From NCBI GenBank assembly GCA_963797555.1, contig CAWCPV010000003.1, positions 288,001-352,000 on the forward strand: DNA of 64,000 nucleotides, read 5' to 3'. Under the pieces are notes generated by a model. That model searched no databases. It was not told the origin of the DNA and saw nothing but the letters and a program-made list of their open reading frames with translations. Both the position numbers and the translations under genes were made by a program. Shown one piece after another: positions 55,692-64,000 of the stretch (the first letter of the stretch is position 1; each line of letters starts with the position of its first letter). This DNA comes from an uncultured Gammaproteobacteria bacterium (GTDB taxonomy: Bacteria > Pseudomonadota > Gammaproteobacteria > CAWCPV01).

Positions 55692-56584
55692 GTCGGGATA
55701 GAAATACGGCGCGCGCACAGCCGTAGGGTTCGGTGGCAATTCCACTGGTTTCCCAGCGGCCCTCAGTCCGACTCCCCTAACTGCCACGGTCCCTCGTGCC
55801 CCCCTGCGCTCCCGGACGGTGGGATTTCCCCAGTCCGGTTCTGACCTTGACATGGTGGACCCATGGGTCGCCTTCCCGATACGGGTGAAGCTCAAGTGCT
55901 GACCCACCTACGCCCCTCCCCATAGCGGTTTGCTTCCATGGGCGCCCCGTGGTTCCCCGGCCGTACACTGTCCTGGTACTTCCCTGGGGCGGTCAAGTGC
56001 CCAGAGCCCCTTCGCACGCTCAAGGGGTGACCTCTCGCGTCGTGGCGTCTGGCACCACGTCAACGGGCGTTACCCCGCCTTCATCGCTCCTACGGGCTCA
56101 TGCGCCAGTCCTAATCCCTCCGGCCGCCTACGGTCGATGCCTTGGCCAGCCGGTCTTCGCAGGTTGCGGTCAGCCCCTGCTGGGAGGAGGACCTTCCCGA
56201 GTTTATCTCTGTCGATCTTTCCCCGCGTGTCCGGACCCCTACCCCGGCGCCCATCGGGGTGCGCGTGCTCGTTTCTTCCTCCGAGGCGTTGGCCTTCTCC
56301 CTATCAGGAGCGGATTGGCGGTACACATCATCCCGACAGCGACTTCCGTCGGGGGAGCCTTTCGAGGCTGCAGTCATTTCGTAATGTTCAGACCCGCGGG
56401 TTTGCTAGCCACCCTGGTCGCTCCTACCCTCGTGCCTACCGCACGGAGCAGCTGTGACCTCTACCTCCACGCCTATCACGGTTCGTTACCTCCCCGTGCA
56501 GCGGATATGCTAACCGTCCAAACCGAGCAATTGACGGCAAGGGGACTCTCACCCCTCCAAATCGACAGCCTTCTCGGCTGCTCC
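55692..56584 (-). ncRNA. ORF-less group II intron (about 890 nt)
   Basis: Domain V gaaccggactggggaaatcccaccgtccggg, 3' end ..atcccgAC, domain I-like gggtgagagtccc, domain III-like gaaggcggggtaacgccc..gcgaagggg; no RT ORF. Confidence 0.8.
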
Positions 56585-56701
56585 CCTGACCCGCCCCTCA
56601 GTTCCCGTGAGTCCGGTACTTCGAACCGGCTACCTCGGGTTCTCTTTGCCGGTAGCACCGACTTACTCACGCATGCGACGGGATCCTCCGCTTTCCCTTG
56701 T

Positions 56702-56755
56702 GTGCCCGGGGCCGGATTCGAACCGGCACGGCCGAAGCCAGAGGATTTTAAGTCC
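56702..56755 (-). repeat. att site: 3' fragment of tRNA-Leu(TAA)
   Basis: ggac-ttaaaa-tcc, variable arm, GGTTCGAATCC; 5' half absent; next to integrase. Confidence 0.85.
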
Positions 56756-56927
56756 AGAACTCGGCTGCTACACCAGTCTGCACAGAATTACCCGCCACTT
56801 CACGGGACAACGCGTTCCGGGGCATACTACACTTCACGGCACTACCGCAAATTGCACGGTTTTACTGCTCAAACATAGCACCGGCATAGCACCGGATCGG
56901 CCCCGAACACAGAGGATTCTGCATCCT

Positions 56928-58162
56928 ATGCGCGTCAACTTCACCGCTCAGACCATAGCACGCCTAGCACCGCCCGAGCGCGGCCGGGCGTTCCACTACG
57001 ACGCCAAGACGCCAGGGCTCGCGGTCCAGGTAACCGCCGCCGGCACGCGGACCTTCTACGTCTACCGCTGGGTACAAGGCAAGCCCGAGCGGACCCGACT
57101 GGGCACATTCCCCAGCATGACGGTGGAGATCGCCCGAGCCCGGGCCGCGGAGGTGAACGCCATCATCGCCAGGGGTGAGAGCCCGCGGGCCAGGAAGAAG
57201 GACAAGAAGGCTCGCGCGGTCACCTTGGGCCAGGTATTCGAGGACTACCTTACCGCTCACGACCTCAAGCCCGGCACCGTCTACGACTACCGCAAGGTGG
57301 TACGGACGGCGTTTGCCGACTGGCTGGCATTGGCCGGTGACCGACATCACCCGTGACATGATCTCGGCCCGGCACAAGAAGCTTGAGCACACCAAGGCGA
57401 CAGCAAACAAGGCCATGCGCGTCCTTCGGGCGTTGCTCAACTTCGCCAGCGCCAAACTGGAGGACGCCCAAGGACACCCCCTCATCACGGACAACCCCGT
57501 GAAGCGGCTGTCGGCTACCCGCGAATGGTACCGGGTGGAACGCAAGCGCACCCTCATCAAGCCTCACCAGCTTGGTCCGTGGTTCCGGGCCGTGGCATCG
57601 CTCGCCCCAGGGCGCGACACCGGGACCGAGGCCGTGACGCGGGACTATCTGCAGTTCGTCTTGTTCACCGGCCTGAGGAAGGGTGAGGCCGCCCGCCTAG
57701 AGCTGGCCGACGTGGACATCGAAGGCCGGTCCTTCATCATCCGCGACACGAAGAACCGGGATCCCCACGAGCTGCCCATGCCCGAGTTCGTCCTGGAGCT
57801 CCTCGCCCGCAGACGGCAGGCCGCGGACGGATCGGCCTTCGCGTTCCCAGGGGAGCGAGGCGGATGCTTGAGCGACCCGCGGCGCCCGATGGCCGCAGTC
57901 ACCGCGCAGAGCGCGAGTCGCCTTCACGCTCCACGATCTCAGAAGAACCTTCATCACCGTGGCCGAGTCGCTGGACATTCCGGCCTATGCACTCAAGCGA
58001 CTGTTGAACCACAAGCCCGGCGCTGACGTGACGGCCGGCTATATCGTCATGGACACCGAGCGGCTACGCGAGCCCATGGAGCGGATCGCGCGGTATCTGC
58101 TCAAGGCCGCCGGGCTCGAACCGAGCGCGGAGATCGTGGATCTGGCCGAGCGCACCGCGTGA
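56928..58162 (+). CDS. int: P4-like tyrosine integrase with arm-binding domain (frameshifted)
   Basis: D...PGLAV.V..G.RTF, TGLRKGE, TKN, HDLRRT, LLNH..VTAGY. Confidence 0.92.
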
Positions 58163-58584
58163 TCGCTCGACCCGGATCACCTCGCAGCACTCGCCCAGAA
58201 GCACCTCGGGGACGAGGTGGACGGGCCAATAGCCGAGGCCCTGATGCAGCAAGCCGAAGTCCTACAGGGACGCCATGGAGCTGGGGGACATCGAGGAAGC
58301 CGTACAGGCCGCGTTCGTCTGCGGTAAGTTCATTGCCATGCTCGCCCCAGGCCATCGCCACCGATCGGCGCACACGGCACGAAGCCTTCAAGCGGCGCAT
58401 GTGGGTGGACGTGCGGACCTATTGGCTACTGCGCGAGGTAGACGAGAGGATCGGCCGCGGCATGGACATCAGCACCGCCTGTCGGGCCGTCGCCAGACGC
58501 CACGATGGCGTTACCTTCGCCGCGCTGCGCCAAGCCTACCATCGGCGCAAAAAAGTTGTGACACGAGGTAGAGTCACAACTTAG
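58159..58584 (+). CDS. hypothetical protein with C-terminal HTH-like segment (frameshifted)
   Basis: Overlaps int stop; ISTACRAVA..TFAALRQAY. Confidence 0.45.
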   Translation: MIARPGSPRSTRPEAPRGRGGRANSRGPDAASRSPTGTPWSWGTSRKPYRPRSSAVSSLPCSPQAIATDRRTRHEAFKRRMWVDVRTYWLLREVDERIGRGMDISTACRAVARRHDGVTFAALRQAYHRRKKVVTRGRVTT

Positions 58585-58632
58585 CTACTCTCTAAGCTAC
58601 TCGCGTGCCACCAAACTGCACGAGGGAAGCTG

Positions 58633-58848
58633 ATGATGGACCACCGCAAGACCGGCGACCGTTTGACGCGTCGCCAAGCCGCTAGATACCTTGGGCTGAG
58701 CCCGCACACTCTGGAGGTGTGGGGAACGACTGGACGCTACAACCTGCCGTTCATCAAGGTCGGCCGAGTCGTGCAATATCGCATGGCAGACCTTGACGCC
58801 TTCCTGGAGCGCAGAACGAAGCGCTTCGACTCGGGCGAGGCTGCCTGA
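58633..58848 (+). CDS. AlpA/HTH_17 excisionase-like protein
   Basis: LTRRQAARYLGLSPHTLEVW..LPFIKVGR.V.Y..DLDAFL. Confidence 0.88.
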   Translation: MMDHRKTGDRLTRRQAARYLGLSPHTLEVWGTTGRYNLPFIKVGRVVQYRMADLDAFLERRTKRFDSGEAA

Positions 58849-59229
58849 CCATGGCCGCCCCGAGATCGCGGGCAGGCCCCGGGCCCCAGAAACGAGACGC
58901 GGCCCCGGTGGGACGAGCACCGGTGAGGCGCGCAGGGAGAGCACAGACCAGACGAGACCCCGCCAGCATACCACAAAGGCCTGCGTCGCGTGCGAACGCC
59001 CGAGCCGTGCCCGGACGCCTCCTCTGTGCGGAGCACCAGCGTCGCGCTCACCAGGCTTCCGGGACGCTGCAGTGTGTGCGGAGACGCCACAGACCTCGAG
59101 AGCCGACTGTGCCAGCTCCACCTGCGCGAAGTTGGGGATGCCGCGGGATGGGCACCGCAGCGCGGCTGGAGCACAGCTACCACGAGCGAGACGACCACGA
59201 GGACCTGCCACGCTGGCTACAGCATCTGC

Positions 59230-59650
59230 ACGCTGATAGACCGTCTCGAAGGCGTCCGGGAGACCGGGCCCGGGCGCTGGATAGCACGCTGTCCGGCACA
59301 TGAGGACTAAGCTGCCGTCACTGAGCATCCGGGAGACCGCCGATGGCGTGATCTTGCTGCGATGCTTTGCCGGCTGCGACGTTAACGCTGTCGTCGCTGC
59401 CGTCGGGCTGGAGCTGTCCGCATCTCTTCCCGCCGCGACCGGCTAGCACTACCGAGGACCTCTGCCGAGGTCCCAACGCCCGAGCCTCACCCTGCGCGAA
59501 GCCGTCGCGCTCATCCGAGAGTCGACGCTCATCATCGTCATGGCTGCTGGCGAGATCGATGCTGGCCGTGAGATTAGCGCGGCTGACCGCGCCACGGTCC
59601 TGAAGGCTGGCGAGGATATTTTTCGCGTGCTGGGCGAGGTGGAGCCATGA
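59230..59650 (+). CDS. primase zinc-binding (CHC2-like) protein, interrupted
   Basis: W.ARCPAHED..PSLSI...G.ILLRCFAGC..GL. Confidence 0.75.
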
Positions 59651-61142
59651 GCCAGCGCGGCGAGACATTGGCCGACAAGGCGAGGCGGAAGCTGGACGAG
59701 GAGGAGCGGCGAAGGGCGAACGGTGGAGCGGCGGAGGATGCCAGCGGGATCACGGACAGCGACCTTGCGAACGCCTGCCGCCTGGCACGTGACCACGGGC
59801 AGGATCTGCGCTATACGCCCGAATGCGGATGGATGGTTTGGGACGAGCAACGCTGGGCAGCGGATGAAGCTGCCGCCATGCGCAGGGCCAAGGCCGCCGC
59901 CGTCGCCATATTGGACGAGATCAAGCATGCCGGCCCCGGCCAACAAAGCGACCTCTTCAAGTGGGCGCGCCGTTGCAGTCCGCCGAGCGGCTGCGCGCCA
60001 TGTTGTTCCTCGCGCAGATCCGAGTTGGGATCGGTGCCCGGTTCGGCGACTTCGACCGTGATCCGTGGTTGCTCGCCGTCGCGAACGGCACCGTGGATCT
60101 TCGCACTGGCAAGCTGCTGAAGCACCGGCGGAGAAGACCTTGATCGCGAAGCTGTGCCCTGTTGCCTACAGACCCGCAGGCCAAATGCCCGTCATGTGGG
60201 AGGCGTTCCTTCGCCGCGTCATGCCCAGCGACGAGATGATCGCCTACGTTCGTCGCGCCGTAGGGTATTCCTTTGACCGGCACCACCGGAGAGCAGGTTT
60301 TGTTCTTCTGCTACGGGCTTGGCGCGAACGGCAAGACCGTATTCCTGGAGACGGTCCAGGCCCTGCTAGGCGAGTACGGCCGCACCACACCCACCGAGAC
60401 GCTGATGATCAAGCAGGGCGGAAGTAGGGAATCGAAAATGACGTGGCGCGGCTGGCCGGCGCCCGGTTCGTTGCGGCGAATGAGACCGCGGACGGGAAGC
60501 TTCTGAACGAGTCGCGCATCAAGGACTTCACGGGCGGAGAACGCACAGCCCGACCGGTTTTTGAACCGGGAGTTCTTCGAGTTCCGTCCGCTGTTCAAGC
60601 TCTGGCTTCGAGGCAACCACCGCCCGCAGATCCGCGGCACAGACGAGGAGAATCTGGCGCCGCATCCACTTGATCCCCTTCGAGGTGCGCATCCCCCGAG
60701 TCGGATCGGGACCCCGAGCTGATCGACAAGCTCGCGGCCGAGCTGCCGGGCATCCTCGCTTGGGCCATCGAGGGCTGCCGGCTCTGGCAAACCGCCGGTG
60801 CTTCAGCCACCGGCGTGCGTGCGAGCGGCGACCACGGAATACCGGCGCGAGATAGAATCTATTGGGCGAGTTCCTGGAGGAGCGGTGCGTCTGCGGCCCG
60901 GACAAGCGATGCGTGGCTGGGGGATCTGTACGCCGCGTATCGGGAGTGGTGCGAGACCGCCGGACAACACCCTGTCAGTCAGATGCGGTTTGGAACCGCC
61001 ATCGCAGAGCGTGGCTTCAAGCGGGACAAGGACCGGCGCGGACGGAAAGATCTACGTCGGGATCGGCATTCTCTCGGGTGAGGAAACCCCCATGGCGGCG
61101 GTGAGGACCCCACCCCTGATGACGGACACGACGGACAGTTAA
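59647..61142 (+). CDS. P4/D5-family SF3 primase-helicase (several frameshifts)
   Basis: [48 protein letters not shown]. Confidence 0.88.
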
Positions 61143-61499
61143 GACCACTTTTTCCGGATCCCCCTTATTCGAGCGACGTTGTAAAGCAGAACCCCGATAA
61201 AGTGGTCAAACCGTAGGTCGTGTCCGTGCGTTGAGAAATGAGTGACCCGGCTCAGATGACCACCTCGCGCGCTGTAGGGATTGCTCTAACTACGTTGGGA
61301 CAGCACGCTGTCGGGCGGAGGAGTACAGCGGCCGGCCGGACGAGCTGAAGGATTGTGCGAGCTTCGATGACCGCGGACCATCGCGGACCGACCTGAGGGA
61401 CGAGGCATGACCAACGCCCTGACTCCACCGCCCGATCTCGCGGTCGTCATCGAGCGCTTGTTCCGTGGCGTCAACCGAGAGCGCATCGCCCCGAGAGCT

Positions 61500-62365
61500 G
61501 CTCCGCATCGTCCACCAGCTGCGGGACTACTGGCCGCTTGACGGTGAGTCAAGTCTATTACCAAGCCGTCGCGCAGCGGTTGCTTGTGAACCGTCTGAGC
61601 CGAGTACAAGCGGGTATCGATGCTCCTAACTATACTGCGCCGTGAGGACGTTTTGCCTTGGCGCGCCATCGAAGACCGAACCCGGCGCACCATCGACAAG
61701 CGCGGTGTGCCCGACCTGCAAGCGTTCGTGGAAGAGCAAATGGAGGATTTCATGGATTGGCGTTACTACCATCGCTGCCTCGTGCGGGATCAGGAAGTGT
61801 ACGTCGAGGTGGCCACGGAAAAGGATGCTCTGGCGCGGATCTTCGAGGAAGCGGTATGGCCTTATTGCGTGCGGCTCAACATCGTACGCGGTCAGGTTTC
61901 CGCTACGATGGTGCATGACATGGGCGAGCGCTTCGGGCGCGCAGTCATGAATGGGCCAGACGCCGATACTGCTCTACTTCGGGGATTTGGACGCTTCCGG
62001 GGTTTGCATCCCGCGCGCCTTGCGCGATAACCTGGAAGAGCACCACAGCGTTTCGGTAGATCTGCGCCGGCGTTGCGCTGACGCCGCAACAAGTGATCGA
62101 GCACGCGTTGCCAACGTCGATAGAGGCGGCAAAACGCACGGACCCGAACTACAAAGCCTGGGTCAGGGAATACGGCGATCAACAGCCGGTCGAACTGGAC
62201 GCGCTGCATCCTGAACTGATGACGCGGATCATTACCGACGCTCTGGAGAACACACTGGACATGACCACCATGGACGAGCAGCAGAAGATCGAGACCCGTG
62301 AGCGCGACATCCTGCGGACCATGCGGCGTAGCGTCGAGGACTTCCTTGGAGGCGCGGTTCCCTGA
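61500..62365 (+). CDS. Topo VI-A/Spo11-like TOPRIM protein (frameshifted; start uncertain)
   Basis: VEVATEKDAL, RG..S, LYFGDLDASG, ALT..Q, VELDAL. Confidence 0.7.
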
Positions 62366-62727
62366 GGTGTTCCGTTATGGGTACTAGTACCAACATGCCC
62401 CACCGGACACAAAAAAGGTCCGCGTGCGGACCTTTTCCACTGACGCAGCACAATCCTGGGTTGGTGCGTGGTCAAAAAAAAAGATCCGCATGCGGATCTT
62501 TTTCCACCATCCCAACGCGCCGCAGAGTTCCGCCGCCAGACTGATGGCCAGGGCGTGGAAGGCTTGGTGTGCAGGGATGCGAGTGTTGCGCTGGGCACGC
62601 AAATTGCCCGAATATTCGGGCAATTTCGGCCTTCCCCTCTGCTCCCCCTGCACATCGCCAGACTGATGGCCATCGCCAAGCACCCGCGGCTCGCAGATCG
62701 GAACTCATGGTTCCGATTTGCCGCAAA

Positions 62728-62810
62728 GGTACTCCCAGCCCTCCCCAATTACGGCACCCAAGCCGGCAAAGAATGCCTAGCGTAACGCCTTCAATAGGAC
62801 TTCATTCCCA
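62728..62810 (+). other. putative cos site (C)
   Basis: ggtactcccagccctccccaattacgg..ctagcgtaacgcc conserved with A and B. Confidence 0.6.
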
Positions 62811-63270
62811 ATGACCACCACCGGCAAATTCGTGACCCGCTCCGAGCTGGCCAAGATTTTTGGTGTGACCGAGCGCACGATTAGCGCCTGGGGACAGGAT
62901 GAATCGTTCCCTGTAACGCGGATCGGCGCCATCAAGAAACGACTGCAATTCGACACCAAGGAGGTCATCGACTGGTACGTGCAACGTGAGGTGGCAAAGC
63001 TCAGGCCGAACGGTAAATTATTAGACCCGGAGAACGAGCGGGCTTTGTTGTGGCGCGCCCAACGGCTTTACAACGAGAGGCGCACGGAGGACATTAACGC
63101 TGAGGTTGCCAGGCGCACCAGTTCGGCCATATTCACGGCTGCGCGAGTCGCCCGAGACCATTAGAAAACTTACCGTTTCGTGTCTCTGCGGAGTTGCTTG
63201 GCAAGACCTCTCGGGAGATCGAGGATAGACTCATATCGGAGATTCACACGCTTTGTCCGAGCTGGTAGGG
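62811..63270 (+). CDS. Nu1-like terminase small subunit (frameshifted; end approximate)
   Basis: VTRSELAKIFGVTERTISAW..FP..FDTKEVIDWY..ERALL. Confidence 0.75.
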
Positions 63271-63415
63271 CGCGGCCGCTCGAATGAAGCATTACCCACC
63301 ACCACCACAAGGAGACCAGCAGATGTCAGCATAGAGACGGTTCTGACTTCAGAGCCCGAGCTTCGTGTAGGGATGGCGCGCGCGGATTCACTGCGATCGG
63401 ATATCGCCGCCGCGG

Positions 63416-64000
63416 GTGACCTTGCTGCGTTCGTTGTGGATCGAGATTGAGCCGCACGTGCGCAAGGCTGATATTCCTGCCGTGTTTGCGGCGTTTCAGG
63501 TCAGCCGAGGGCGAGTTGGCCGAGCGGATCTCAGCTCGTTGCTGGCGACGCCACGAACGCGGCCATCGGCGCCAAGCCTCCGCGAGGCCGCCGACGGCCT
63601 CACCGATACGCGATGTAGGTAGGGTGAGACTGCCGCCAATGTTGGCGCCAGATCGTCTGTGCCTGCTTGTTGCGCTCCTCCTTCTTCAGCAATGAGCCGC
63701 CAGCGCCTCGCCAGCTGGCTGAAACGCTGGCCGAGCGACACGATCTGGCGCTCGGGGAGTGGCTTCGTGAGTCGCTTGGCACGGTGCTGAAGGCGGGTGC
63801 TGACCTTGGATGTCGCGCGCTGGATCTGTCGTAGGATCTGCGCGCTCGTGCGGCTTCGGGACAGTGCACATCAGTCGCCTTGGCCGAGATCCGGTGGACC
63901 CGACCGGCGCGAGTTCGACGTGGGCTGTCGCCGGCATGGTCGTCGGCCGACTCTGCGATCGCCGTTCGAGCAGTCGGTGACGTTGGTGCAGGCCGTTTCT
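63416..64000 (+). CDS. conserved small ORF and start of the pre-capsid ORF (63692), both frameshifted
   Basis: LWIEIEPHVRKAD; MSRQRL..LAERHD..WLRESL. Confidence 0.55.

Larger units (their letters stand above)
56702..64000 (+). mobile_element. satellite element C at tRNA-Leu (runs past window end)
   Basis: Same gene order and homologous cos motif, TerS and small ORFs as A and B; atagcaccgg x2 arm-type repeat at 56875. Confidence 0.85.

Overview
GC-rich, probably gamma- or betaproteobacterial chromosomal window. Host genes: epimerase, nfeD-stomatin, minCDE, DUF302, erythrin plus a UbiA/MenA-like prenyltransferase, Coq10/RatA, a triheme c7 cytochrome, gltX-tRNA-Ala-tRNA-Glu and tRNA-Val. These are interleaved with dense nested IS debris (IS200, IS630, IS21, IS110, IS256, IS4, IS3, ISAzo13, IS1202, ISL3, IS1634, IS91, IS1380, Tn3) and an ORF-less group II intron. 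The main discovery is three related, tRNA-integrated phage-satellite-like elements: A at tRNA-Glu (20.3-29.0 kb), B at tRNA-Val (36.8-46.7 kb) and C at tRNA-Leu (56.7 kb to past the window end), plus a probable fourth remnant (capsid gene at 13 kb). They share the layout integrase, AlpA-like HTH, an interchangeable helicase with ori-like repeats, a palindrome cluster, a lambda-like cos motif, a Nu1-like small terminase, conserved small ORFs and (in A and B) a major capsid homolog. No portal or large terminase is visible. Element B has no integrase and carries a cas-less type I-E-like CRISPR mini-array (6 repeats, five 33-nt spacers) next to a RelE-type toxin-antitoxin pair. Many genes, including essential gltX, are frameshifted, so indel sequencing error is likely and pseudogene calls are unreliable. 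All family assignments come from motif recognition by eye; no database search was run.
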